Assembly: GCA_017991415.1 (NCBI GenBank)
Contig: JAGOQR010000001.1
Coordinates: forward strand, 341,992 to 405,991
DNA length: 64,000 bases
Direction of reading: 5' to 3'
Source of the DNA: Candidatus Magasanikiibacteriota bacterium
Lineage (GTDB): Bacteria > Patescibacteriota > Patescibacteriia > Magasanikbacterales > GWA2-37-8
Shown: piece after piece, positions 28,185-37,308 of the stretch
Numbering within the stretch: the stretch's first letter is position 1
Layout of the letters: every line of letters starts with the position of its first letter
Program-made: the position numbers and the translations under genes
The notes under the pieces: generated by a model
Told to the model about the DNA's origin: nothing
Seen by the model: the letters and a program-made list of their open reading frames with translations, nothing else
The model's database searches: none

Positions 28185-29279
28185 TTAATACCTTCGCACC
28201 ATCATACTCTCTAGAATACCAATGAGCAGTAAGTTTATTATCAGCGACGACCCCCCGTAGCTCACAAAAGGTAGTGTTACCCCCGTAATAGGCAAAAGCC
28301 CCAAATTTGCCCCAACATTGGTAATTAACTGGACAAAAAAGAGAATAAGAATACCAGTGGCTGTGGTCGCTACAAAATCGTCATCTGATTTCCTAATAAT
28401 AGATACGAGGCGCCAAAATATAAGGGCAAATAACGCCAGCATAACAACTACCCCAGCTAACCCCAACTCTTCTCCAATTACAGAGAACACGAAGTCTGTT
28501 TGTGCTTCTGGCAAGAAGCGCAACTGACTTTGCGAACCAAAACCCAAACCACGCCCAAATACCTGGCCAGCGCCAATAGCTATTGTAGACTGAGCAATGT
28601 TATAGCCACTACCGAGCGGATCTCTCTCTGGATTAATAAAATTAGCAACCCGATCTTTTTGATAATCTTGTAAAAAGAAAAACCAGCTTGCGACTGCAAG
28701 CAAGGCAACTAGTGCTACAAATCCAGCTAAGTATAAACGCCTGGCTCCAACTGCCCAGATCATACCAAACCAAATAGCTCCAAGCAGCAGCGCCGAACCC
28801 AAGTCTGGCTGCAACATCACAAGTCCAATAAACAAAAAAGAGACTGCACCCGTACCCAAAAAAAATAACGGGCGATCAAACCTACGTCCAAACCTCGACA
28901 CAATATAGGCAATCATAAGAATCAAGCCAATTTTAGCCATCTCAACTGGCTGAAAAGAAAATCCAAAAAAAGAAAACCAACCTTTCGTACCGCGAATAGT
29001 CTCTCCAAAAAATAGGACGCCTGCTAATAACAACAGGGAAAAAAAATACCACCATTTCGCCAAATAACGCCAGAGAATATGCTGACTGATACTCGCAATA
29101 AATAAAAGAAGCAGACCTAAACAAAAAGCTATCAATTGTTTTTTAAAATAAAAAAGCTCTGAACCTCGCGAAAGGTCTACACTATATACCGAAGCGAGCC
29201 CCATCATAACTAAAAACACCACGCAGATAAAAAGCTGCCAATCAAAACTACGAGGTGATAATTTTCCAATATCTAGCAT
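28185..29279 (-). CDS. SEDS-family peptidoglycan glycosyltransferase (RodA/FtsW)
   Basis: 364 aa with 10 TM segments. Conserved SEDS motifs (GWFSFFGFSFQP ... DFVFSVIGEELG). Confidence 0.85.
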   Translation of the reverse strand: MLDIGKLSPRSFDWQLFICVVFLVMMGLASVYSVDLSRGSELFYFKKQLIAFCLGLLLLFIASISQHILWRYLAKWWYFFSLLLLAGVLFFGETIRGTKGWFSFFGFSFQPVEMAKIGLILMIAYIVSRFGRRFDRPLFFLGTGAVSFLFIGLVMLQPDLGSALLLGAIWFGMIWAVGARRLYLAGFVALVALLAVASWFFFLQDYQKDRVANFINPERDPLGSGYNIAQSTIAIGAGQVFGRGLGFGSQSQLRFLPEAQTDFVFSVIGEELGLAGVVVMLALFALIFWRLVSIIRKSDDDFVATTATGILILFFVQLITNVGANLGLLPITGVTLPFVSYGGSSLIINLLLIGILESMMVRRY

Positions 29280-29305
29280 ATATTAATTACACATGAATCA
29301 CCCAC

Positions 29306-30247
29306 TTATGGAATATATACCGAATCATCGTACACATTAATTATCGGATAGATTGCAATTTCGGAAATATTTAAGTTTTGAGCAAAACTACGAAGGTCTA
29401 CATCTTTTACTTCAAGCGAATTAATTCTGTCGAGCTGCAGAGGCAAGACACCAACCAGCTGTCCATTTTGGAGTAGTGCTACATAAAAATTAGGCAATAT
29501 ATAATTGTACGGACTATTGTTGGTAAGCTTAAACTGTACAGCATCAGCGTTATTGCCTTCTTGGGCCAAAGATTTTGAAAAAACAAAATCAGTTACTTGA
29601 AAATTTAATCTGTACCGCTGATAGTCTATCGGACTGGCAATAGCATGATTAGAAATACGTTTGTATTGTATATTTTCTAAAACAATTACTGGCGACTCGC
29701 TGCCTACATCGCCCACTCCTAGACTGGCTGCCAACCTACTTTCACCAGGAAGTAAAAAAGTCTTTTGCATTTTTGTTTTTATACCACTCACAACAAAATA
29801 ATAATCAAACTGTATCAAAAAATTGCTATTAGGGTTCACTAGCTCTGCCACTAGATCATACTTATTATTCCCACTAGAAAAAACATGCGTACTTACTACC
29901 TGCACAGGCTGAGCAGCAAAATGAGGTTGGATTCCTGTGTAATTTATAGACGCGGTCAAACTTCTTTCTAATTTTTGCTGATCAGTATAGCCAAGCAAAA
30001 ATACAGCCCATTTCCAAATACTAAAAATAATAAAAGCAAGATTAATAACAATTAAAGTAATTACAACAATTTTATAAACCAAGGCTTTGTTATGCAACAA
30101 CCAAAAACCCCATTTTAATTCACTAGAACTAAATTCTTTGGTCGGATCTTCGTATTTGGTAAAACTGGATTTAGGAAGAACCTTCCCCGAAGATACATCA
30201 TTTATTTTTTCTTCGTTGTGGTTGTTAGAATTATAAATGTTAAGCAT
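29306..30247 (-). CDS. hypothetical membrane-anchored protein (about 313 aa)
   Basis: Start set at the internal MLNIYNS. The ORF track extends 42 codons upstream. One TM segment (IVVITLIVINLAFIIFSIW), then a large extracytoplasmic domain. Confidence 0.45.
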   Translation of the reverse strand: MLNIYNSNNHNEEKINDVSSGKVLPKSSFTKYEDPTKEFSSSELKWGFWLLHNKALVYKIVVITLIVINLAFIIFSIWKWAVFLLGYTDQQKLERSLTASINYTGIQPHFAAQPVQVVSTHVFSSGNNKYDLVAELVNPNSNFLIQFDYYFVVSGIKTKMQKTFLLPGESRLAASLGVGDVGSESPVIVLENIQYKRISNHAIASPIDYQRYRLNFQVTDFVFSKSLAQEGNNADAVQFKLTNNSPYNYILPNFYVALLQNGQLVGVLPLQLDRINSLEVKDVDLRSFAQNLNISEIAIYPIINVYDDSVYIP

Positions 30248-30405
30248 ACCAAAATGGTAATTTATTTTTGCAATTATTACTACAGTATACCTTAAAATAA
30301 CTTTTTTAAAAACTCTGTAAAATATTTCATAAAATAAAGGCCGCCCTCCGAAGCACAGACACTGCACGAGCACCTCAGATTTATTATATGATTAGAAAAA
30401 ATAAA

Positions 30406-30435
30406 ACACAAGCCAGTATTTGGCTTGTGTTTTTT
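30406..30435 (-). terminator. hairpin ACACAAGCCA-gtatt-TGGCTTGTGT flanked by A/T runs; downstream of the cassette-3 minus-strand ORF
   Basis: 10-bp perfect stem 30406-30415 / 30421-30430. T5 run 30431-30435 and A-run on the other side (bidirectional). Confidence 0.5.
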
Positions 30436-30576
30436 ACGCTGTTCTCAAATGTAAAAATTTAAAAACAATGCAACGATGCCAGCCGACCACGTGTCCTTGT
30501 AGGACTTGTCCCTGAACGGGAACTCTGGTGGAAGGCTGGGTAGGAGTTGAAGGAAGGGGTGTGGATCACGCAGCGA

Positions 30577-30861
30577 CTAGAGGCTGCAGATGACGATGGT
30601 CGCAACGATCATGGCGATCGCGACCAGCCCCATGAGCACCATCACGAAGGCCTTGTTCCCGCGGGACGAAGTCTCCACGGTGACCGAAGGCAGCGCCTGG
30701 ACGACCTCCGTCTGGACGGGCTTCGCGCTGGCCGCCGACGCCTGGAACGCATCGTTCTTGGGTGCCGCCTGGGACGGGTACGGGTGGTACGGCACCGACA
30801 GACGGGTGTCAGAGGTGGCGCAGTCAGTGTTGGCATCAGAACGCAAGGCAGGTCCGCGCAT
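30577..30861 (-). CDS. small protein with a C-terminal TM segment (94 aa) in GC-rich cassette 3
   Basis: ATG at 30859-30861 preceded by GGGGGG. C-terminal FVMVLMGLVAIAMIVATIVICSL. The TM-coding core and 3' flank are homologous to the cassette-1 ORF (3323-3514). An overlapping plus-strand ORF (30590-30865) is the alternative frame. Confidence 0.35.
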   Translation of the reverse strand: MRGPALRSDANTDCATSDTRLSVPYHPYPSQAAPKNDAFQASAASAKPVQTEVVQALPSVTVETSSRGNKAFVMVLMGLVAIAMIVATIVICSL

Positions 30862-30941
30862 GTAGGTTCCCCCCGAGAATGACGTTGAGCCAAACAGAAA
30901 CTGTTGGCTATGGTCAGGATGATATTACCCTCTTCATCAAT

Positions 30942-30968
30942 CCATGTAGAGACAATGTCTCTACATGG
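30942..30968. promoter_or_regulatory. 27-bp perfect palindrome CCATGTAGAGACA-a-TGTCTCTACATGG upstream of the cassette-3 ORF
   Basis: 13-bp arms 30942-30954 / 30956-30968. About 80 nt upstream of the minus-strand ATG. Confidence 0.5.
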
Positions 30969-31232
30969 TCTTTAAGAGTAACTACTTCCCGACCATTTAT
31001 ACAACTTTTTTCCTTCAATTTGAAAAGAACGATTATTAGTCTCAAAACTAATAAAAAGCAGTATACTAAAAACACGCTCATTTGTCAATGGTTTTATTCA
31101 CTTTAATCTTTAAATAAACATAAAAAATCCCTTAAATAAGCCAAAAAATAAACTTGGCACATTACCCCACCCTTGCCCTATAAATATCAGTATGATAAAA
31201 TATCATCATAAAATATTTACAATCTTAATTGT

Positions 31233-33380
31233 ATGCCTACCAAAAAAGTTGAAAAAGGAAGAATGGAACAAAAAACTGAAGAAACAAAACCAACTCCCGC
31301 CAAAGTAAAAGCCAAGGTTTCCGATAAAGCGGATGCGAGCTATAGCGCTTCAAACATTACCATTTTAGAAGGTTTAGAAGCTGTTCGTCGTCGCCCTGGT
31401 ATGTATATCGGCTCAACTGGCCCTGTTGGCTTACACCACCTTATCTGGGAAGTTGTCGATAACTCTATCGATGAATCTATGGCTGGTTTTTGTAACCAAA
31501 TTGATATCTCTTTATTGCCCGATCATTATATAGAAGTAAAAGATAATGGCCGTGGTATCCCTGTAGATATTCACCCTCAAATGGGTGTTAGTGCCCTAGA
31601 AGTAGTAATGACCAAGCTGCACGCGGGTGGTAAATTTGATGCAGGTAGCTACAAAGTATCTGGTGGTTTGCACGGCGTAGGCGTCTCAGTAGTTAACGCC
31701 CTCTCCACTCACACCAAAGCCGAGGTACATCGTGATGGTAAAATTTGGCTACAAGAATTTAGAGACGGTGGTAAGCCAGTAAAAAAAGCTAGAGAAATTG
31801 GTACCTGCAAAGATCGAGGTACTATTATTACCTTCCGTGCCGACGATACTATTTTTGAAACTATCGACTACGAATGGAAAACCATCGTCGACCATATTCG
31901 CCAACAAGCATACCTCTCAAAAGGTATTCGTATTTCTATTACCGATAGACGTGAAGGCCAAGAAAAATCAGATGACAAAACTGCTATCTCGTTCCCTAAC
32001 CCTACTTATGCCTTTTATTTTGAGGGTGGTGTTGCTTCGTATGTACGACACCTAAACCAAAATAAAGAAGTTAAAAATGAAAATGTTTTCTACGTAGAAA
32101 AAGAACAAGACGATGTCAAGGTAGAAGTAGCTTTACAATATAATAACGAATTTAACGAACTACTCTCTGCTTTTACCAATAATATTTACAATCCAGAGGG
32201 CGGTACTCATGTAGCTGGTTTTCGTACTGCACTTACCCGTAGCTTAAACAGTTACGCTCGTAACAAAGGCTTCCTCAAAGAAAAAGATCCAAATCTTACT
32301 GGTGAAGATGTACGTGAAGGGCTTACTTGTATTGTGTCCATCAAAGTTACCGAACCTCAATTTGAAGGACAAACAAAAGCCAAACTAGGAAATACCGAAG
32401 TAAAAGCAGCTGTCGAAGCAGTCATGAATGATGCTTTCCTTATTTTCTTGGAAGAACATCCAAAGGATGCCGAAGGCATTGTAGAAAAATGCTTACTCTC
32501 TGCCCGTGCTCGCAATGCGGCCAAGATGGCTCGCGACACTATCTTGCGTAAAGGTGCTTTGGAAGGTTTCACCTTACCAGGAAAACTAGCCGACTGCAGC
32601 AGTCGCCACGCTGAAGAATCTGAACTATTTATCGTAGAGGGAGACTCCGCTGGTGGTAGTGCCAAACAAGGACGTGACCGTGAACACCAGGCTATCTTGC
32701 CATTACGTGGTAAAGTACTAAATGTAGAACGCGCTCGTTTAGATAAAATATTAACAAACAATGAGTTAAAGTCTCTTATTATTGCCATGGGCACAAACAT
32801 TGGCGAACAGTTTGATATTTCCAAATTACGCTACCATAGATTGGTTATTATGACCGATGCCGATGTAGACGGCGCCCATATCCGCACACTACTTCTCACT
32901 TTCTTCTACCGCTACTACCCTACTCTTATTACAGGTGGACACGTACTTATCGCCCAACCGCCATTATACAGTTTAAAATATGGCAAAAACATGAAGTATG
33001 CCTATAACGATGAAGAAAAAGAAAAAATTCTGTTAGAAATTGGCAAAACTTCAACTAATAAAGATCAAAAATTAAAGACTCCTAAAATAGAAACCGAAGA
33101 AACCGAAAATACCGAAACAAAAGATGATGGCGAGATCCAAGGACTTGAAGTAAACGGTATCAAGGTAAACATTCAGCGCTATAAAGGTTTGGGAGAAATG
33201 AACCCAGAACAACTTTGGGAAACAACCATGAACCCAAAAAACCGCATGATGAAACGCGTTACCATAGAAGATGCCGAACTGGCCAACGAGGTCTTTGAAG
33301 TGCTTATGGGCGACGAAGTTGGCCCGCGCAAAAACTTTATTCAGACCCATGCTAAGAGTGTAAGCAACCTTGATATCTAA
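31233..33380 (+). CDS. gyrB: DNA gyrase subunit B
   Basis: 715 aa. GHKL ATPase motifs (LEGLEAVRRRPGMYIGS, GLHHLIWEVVDNSIDE). Toprim EGDSAGGSAKQGRDR. C-terminal QRYKGLGEM. Confidence 0.95.
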   Translation: MPTKKVEKGRMEQKTEETKPTPAKVKAKVSDKADASYSASNITILEGLEAVRRRPGMYIGSTGPVGLHHLIWEVVDNSIDESMAGFCNQIDISLLPDHYIEVKDNGRGIPVDIHPQMGVSALEVVMTKLHAGGKFDAGSYKVSGGLHGVGVSVVNALSTHTKAEVHRDGKIWLQEFRDGGKPVKKAREIGTCKDRGTIITFRADDTIFETIDYEWKTIVDHIRQQAYLSKGIRISITDRREGQEKSDDKTAISFPNPTYAFYFEGGVASYVRHLNQNKEVKNENVFYVEKEQDDVKVEVALQYNNEFNELLSAFTNNIYNPEGGTHVAGFRTALTRSLNSYARNKGFLKEKDPNLTGEDVREGLTCIVSIKVTEPQFEGQTKAKLGNTEVKAAVEAVMNDAFLIFLEEHPKDAEGIVEKCLLSARARNAAKMARDTILRKGALEGFTLPGKLADCSSRHAEESELFIVEGDSAGGSAKQGRDREHQAILPLRGKVLNVERARLDKILTNNELKSLIIAMGTNIGEQFDISKLRYHRLVIMTDADVDGAHIRTLLLTFFYRYYPTLITGGHVLIAQPPLYSLKYGKNMKYAYNDEEKEKILLEIGKTSTNKDQKLKTPKIETEETENTETKDDGEIQGLEVNGIKVNIQRYKGLGEMNPEQLWETTMNPKNRMMKRVTIEDAELANEVFEVLMGDEVGPRKNFIQTHAKSVSNLDI

Positions 33381-33443
33381 TATTTCTTGTGGACAAGGCT
33401 CTATTGACTTATTCCTAAAAATAAGATATTATACACAGTATTA

Positions 33444-33470
33444 AAGCAGCCCGAAAAGGCTGTTTTAAGA
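33444..33470 (+). terminator. hairpin AAAGCAGCC-cgaaaa-GGCTGTTTT after gyrB
   Basis: 9-bp stem (one G-U pair) ending in TTTT. Confidence 0.4.
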
Positions 33471-33504
33471 ACCAAAATATTACAACCAGATTAAAACTAA
33501 TACT

Positions 33505-33693
33505 ATGTTTACTGCTATCAAAAACTACTTTGTTGGATCTTACCAGGAAATGAAAAAAGTTACCTGGCCAACCAAAAGCCAAACTATCAACTACAGCGCC
33601 CTTGTTGTTGGCCTTAGTGTTGGTATGGCTCTATTTTTAGGTCTACTCGATTATATCTTTAACGCAGGTGTAACTACCCTGTTTTTAAAATAA
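33505..33693 (+). CDS. secE: preprotein translocase subunit SecE
   Basis: 62 aa. Single C-terminal TM segment with KKVTWP, typical of minimal SecE. Precedes nusG. Confidence 0.8.
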   Translation: MFTAIKNYFVGSYQEMKKVTWPTKSQTINYSALVVGLSVGMALFLGLLDYIFNAGVTTLFLK

Positions 33694-33736
33694 TAAAATA
33701 AATAAAAACTACTTGGTATTTTAAGTATTAACATGT

Positions 33737-34282
33737 ATGGCAAAGCAAACCCTTAATCTTGGACGACGCTGGTATGTACTTCATACATATAGCGGCTATG
33801 AAGAAAACGTAAAAAGCAACCTTGCACAACGTATTGAATCTTTTGCCATGCACGATAAAATTTTTAATATTCTCGTTCCAAAAGAGAAAAAAATTAAAAT
33901 TAAAAATAGTAAGCGATCTGTAATAGAAGAAAAAATATTTCCTGGTTATGTACTTGTTGAAATGATCGTAACCGATGACTCTTGGTATGTTGTACGCAAC
34001 ACCCCAAACGTTACTGGTTTCGTTGGTTCTGGTACTACCCCTACTCCAATTGATCAATCCGAAGTTGATTCCTTGCTCAAACGCATGTCTGCTTCCGAAC
34101 CTCAACATAGAATTGATATGGAAATTAACGACGTGGTTCATATTACTGACGGACCATTTAAGAATTTTGAAGGTAAAGTAAGTAATGTTGATCAAGAAAG
34201 AGGCAAAGTAAAAGTACTTATCACCATGTTTGGACGTGAAACACCAGTAGAGCTGGATGCAATGCAAGTAAAGAAGAGTTAA
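33737..34282 (+). CDS. nusG: transcription termination/antitermination factor NusG
   Basis: 181 aa. NGN domain (WYVLHTYSGYE), C-terminal KOW (GKVKVLITMFGRETPVEL). Confidence 0.9.
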   Translation: MAKQTLNLGRRWYVLHTYSGYEENVKSNLAQRIESFAMHDKIFNILVPKEKKIKIKNSKRSVIEEKIFPGYVLVEMIVTDDSWYVVRNTPNVTGFVGSGTTPTPIDQSEVDSLLKRMSASEPQHRIDMEINDVVHITDGPFKNFEGKVSNVDQERGKVKVLITMFGRETPVELDAMQVKKS

Positions 34283-34354
34283 AATTATTAATAACCTAGA
34301 CTGTCCCAACTGTTGGGAGCTTCTCTGTCTAGATTTAATTAAAACAAGATTAAT

Positions 34355-34780
34355 ATGGCAAAAAAATTAGTGGCCCAAATTAAATTACAAATTATTGGAG
34401 GTGCTGCCAATCCAGCGCCACCAGTCGGTCCAGCACTTGGTCAACATGGTTTAAATATCCAAAGTTTTTGTAAAGAGTTTAACGATAAAACTCAGGACAA
34501 AAAAGGAGAAGTGGTGCCAATCATTATTTCTGTCTACGCAGACCGAACATTTGATTTCATCATGAAGACTCCTCCAGTCCCAGAGCTTATCAAAAAAGCA
34601 GCCAAAATTTCTAAAGGTTCTGCTAAACCATTACAAGAAAAAGTTGGAAAAATTACCAAAGCTCAAGTAAGAGAAATCGCTGAGAAAAAAATGCCCGATC
34701 TTAATGCTCATACTGTCGAAGCTGCCATGAGAATGGTAGAAGGTACTGCACGAAACATGGGCGTGACAGTAGAAGGATAA
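34355..34780 (+). CDS. rplK: 50S ribosomal protein L11
   Basis: 141 aa. [24 protein letters not shown]. Confidence 0.95.
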   Translation: MAKKLVAQIKLQIIGGAANPAPPVGPALGQHGLNIQSFCKEFNDKTQDKKGEVVPIIISVYADRTFDFIMKTPPVPELIKKAAKISKGSAKPLQEKVGKITKAQVREIAEKKMPDLNAHTVEAAMRMVEGTARNMGVTVEG

Positions 34781-34795
34781 AAAAATAAATTAAAT

Positions 34796-34830
34796 AAAAA
34801 AGACGCTAACATAACTAGCGTCTTTTTTAT
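34796..34830 (+). terminator. rho-independent terminator (AGACGCTA-acataac-TAGCGTCT + T6) directly after rplK
   Basis: Perfect 8-bp stem 34801-34808 / 34816-34823 with A5 upstream and T6 downstream. Bidirectional, with a convergent minus-strand gene at 34831. Confidence 0.65.
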
Positions 34831-35304
34831 TTAATTTGTCTTGATAGTATTTTTTTCAATTGTAGTTCTAACCAACTCTTGCAGACCTGGCTCAACAATC
34901 TTATTGGCTGTTCGCCACGCTTCATCTACTTTATTCTTCTGTAAAAAAAGAATAGCTATAAGGGCGTAATTAAAATTTTTTTCTTTTTCATTTGTTTCGT
35001 ATTCATTTAGACCTTCGGCAAAACGCTCTTTTCCCAAGCCAAAACTACTTAACACAAATCTTCGTACAACCCTTGTAAGCTGTTGTGGATTAAGAGCAGT
35101 TAACCTACGCTCCATACCACCCTCCCCCATCCGTCCATTTCTAAAAAAATCTACAGCCTGTTCTGCTAACAAAACTTCTTGTGGCTGCAGTTCATAATCG
35201 TCAGGCCAACCATTTTTAATTAAGTCAGCTACTTCCTTTAAACGCTCCTTCGACTCCAATTCTGGAGACACAAACATCACTTCGCCTCTTTTTTCTTTAG
35301 ACAT
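34831..35304 (-). CDS. hypothetical protein (about 157 aa)
   Basis: ORF downstream of queA on the minus strand. Start set at the internal Met to reduce overlap. No family recognised. Confidence 0.4.
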   Translation of the reverse strand: MSKEKRGEVMFVSPELESKERLKEVADLIKNGWPDDYELQPQEVLLAEQAVDFFRNGRMGEGGMERRLTALNPQQLTRVVRRFVLSSFGLGKERFAEGLNEYETNEKEKNFNYALIAILFLQKNKVDEAWRTANKIVEPGLQELVRTTIEKNTIKTN

Positions 35305-35308
35305 ATAT

Positions 35309-36397
35309 TTAAGATATAAACATGGCATCGCCAAAACTAAAAAATCGATATTTTTCTGCTACTGCCTTATAATAACATTCTAGCATAAACTCTCGACTCC
35401 CCGCAAAGGCAGAAACAAGCATGAGGAGAGTAGATTTTGGCAAATGAAAATTGGTAATCAGAGCATTGATAACTTTAAATTCAAAACCAGGGTAGATAAA
35501 AATATTTATATCACCAGTATACGGACGCAAGGCTCCTTCTTTTTTTACCACCCCTTCGAGCACTCGCACAGTGGTGGTGCCCACTGCCACCACCCGCCTC
35601 CCTTCGGTCTTGGCTTGATTTATTAAATCTACATTTTTCGAAGTTATTTCTACCCATTCATTATGCATGGTGTGCTCTTCAATCTTATCTGTTTTTACTG
35701 GCAAAAATGTTCCAAGCCCCACATGCAACGTTACTTCTGCGAACTCTACCCCTTTAGCCTTTAAAGCCTCTATAAGTTGTGGCGTAAAATGAAAACCTGC
35801 AGTTGGTGCCGCTACCGACCCCTCCTCTTTTGCATAGACAGTTTGATACGTTTGTTCAAATGCAGAATCTTTATTTTCAACATACGGGGGCGTTGGCACT
35901 TCTCCATATTTATTTGCCTTAGCTCGGACAGACATATCATCTTCATCAAACTGAAGAAGATAGGTGCCGTCATTTTCTTTAAGCATTACTTCGGCACTAA
36001 AATCTTCAGCAAAAACAACTTTCATTCCGAGCCGTAACTTACGACCTGGTTTTGCCAAAACTTTCCATACTTTATTATTCTCCATAGGTCGTACCAAAAA
36101 AATCTCCACCGGAGCAACATTTAAAATGTTATCAGTTGTATCTATTTTTTTGTCTATCTTTATTACACTTTCATCTAACATAAGATTACCCCGTAACCGA
36201 GCCTTAAACACTTTTGTATTATTCCAAACAAGCAGATCGCCCTTCTGCAAGAAATCAATAATATCCGAGAAGTGCTTATCTACAGATTGCCGACCTGCCT
36301 TATCTACAACCATTAACCGAGAACTATCACGGGGCTCGAGTGGAAATTGAGCAATTAATTGTTTGGGTAAATTATAATCAAAATCAGAGGTAAGCAT
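35309..36397 (-). CDS. queA: S-adenosylmethionine:tRNA ribosyltransferase-isomerase
   Basis: 362 aa. N-terminal FDYNLPKQLIAQFPLEPRDSSRLMVV, conserved QueA core. Confidence 0.9.
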   Translation of the reverse strand: MLTSDFDYNLPKQLIAQFPLEPRDSSRLMVVDKAGRQSVDKHFSDIIDFLQKGDLLVWNNTKVFKARLRGNLMLDESVIKIDKKIDTTDNILNVAPVEIFLVRPMENNKVWKVLAKPGRKLRLGMKVVFAEDFSAEVMLKENDGTYLLQFDEDDMSVRAKANKYGEVPTPPYVENKDSAFEQTYQTVYAKEEGSVAAPTAGFHFTPQLIEALKAKGVEFAEVTLHVGLGTFLPVKTDKIEEHTMHNEWVEITSKNVDLINQAKTEGRRVVAVGTTTVRVLEGVVKKEGALRPYTGDINIFIYPGFEFKVINALITNFHLPKSTLLMLVSAFAGSREFMLECYYKAVAEKYRFFSFGDAMFIS

Positions 36398-36405
36398 ACT
36401 TATAT

Positions 36406-37239
36406 TTAATATTTTCTTCTGTTGGCATTATGCTCATCGAGTGTAGATGCGTAATGCATATAGCCATCTTTGTCAGACAAAAAATACCAATAGGTGTTTT
36501 TTTCTGGATACAGAGCAGCCTGAATAGATTTCACACTTGGGTTTGCAATTGGCCCTGGAGGAAGACCTGGATATTTATATGTATTCCACAACGAATCAAT
36601 TTCTCGCTCTTTTTCTGTAGTAAAAACATCGCCACTTCTATCTACCAGATAATGAACACTTGAATCAACCTGCAAAGCCCACCCTTTAGCCAAACGGCGC
36701 CACAAAATGTCTGATACTATTTGCCTGTCTTCGTCATATTTAACTTCTTTTTCAATAATACTGGCCATAGTTAAAATTTGATGCATTGTTTGTTTTAACT
36801 CTTTGGCGCGCTCGTACATAGAAGGTGTAATTTCTTTTACTCGCTCAAAATAAAACCTGTCTATAACCCCTTCTGCCAAACTGGCATCAGCAAAAACACG
36901 AATGGTTTCTGGCGCCAGATACCCTTCCATACTAGCACCTGCTGGCGCTTGCTCCATCAAATCATCTGAGGGGCCAAAAAAAGTGCCGGGAGGATACTTA
37001 GCAGCAGGCTTTCCTGTAATTTTAAAAACATCTTCGGTTGTAGAAGCAAAACCTTTTTCTACCAAGTAATCTGCGATTTGTCGCAAATTCCAACCAGGAA
37101 TAATAGTGAGGCTAACCTCAGGCCTAGGGGGCAACGGAACATATACGGGATGCAATTTTTTATAATACCAAATACCAATGAGCGGCAACAAAACGATGAG
37201 AAAAATAGAAAAGGCGGTAGCTTTTTGATTAAAGGACAT
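36406..37239 (-). CDS. mltG: endolytic murein transglycosylase MltG (YceG family)
   Basis: N-terminal TM and a YceG-like domain with the C-terminal NTYKYPGLPPGPIANP motif. Confidence 0.75.
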   Translation of the reverse strand: MSFNQKATAFSIFLIVLLPLIGIWYYKKLHPVYVPLPPRPEVSLTIIPGWNLRQIADYLVEKGFASTTEDVFKITGKPAAKYPPGTFFGPSDDLMEQAPAGASMEGYLAPETIRVFADASLAEGVIDRFYFERVKEITPSMYERAKELKQTMHQILTMASIIEKEVKYDEDRQIVSDILWRRLAKGWALQVDSSVHYLVDRSGDVFTTEKEREIDSLWNTYKYPGLPPGPIANPSVKSIQAALYPEKNTYWYFLSDKDGYMHYASTLDEHNANRRKY

Positions 37240-37308
37240 AAAAAAATAATCTATGCACTATTTTTTAGTGCACACATAATGTGCGCACTATGTTGTAAAT
37301 AAATACAC

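Noticed and set aside
30547-30882. 111-aa Arg-rich plus-strand ORF in GC cassette 3
   Set aside because: Low-complexity Arg/Asp/His frame; spurious frame-shadow of the GC-rich segment.
30970-31232. Possible oriC upstream of gyrB
   Set aside because: AT-rich, but I found no TTATCCACA/TGTGGATAA boxes and no dnaA or dnaN nearby. Only a short ATGATA-AAA-TATCAT palindrome.
33728-34309. 193-aa minus-strand ORF
   Set aside because: Entirely antisense to the well-supported nusG gene. AT-rich shadow ORF.
37240-37308. Imperfect inverted repeat AGTGCACACAT-a-ATGTGCGCACT between mltG and the nucleotidyltransferase gene
   Set aside because: One mismatch, a short intergenic spacer and no flanking U-run. 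Too weak to call as a terminator or operator.
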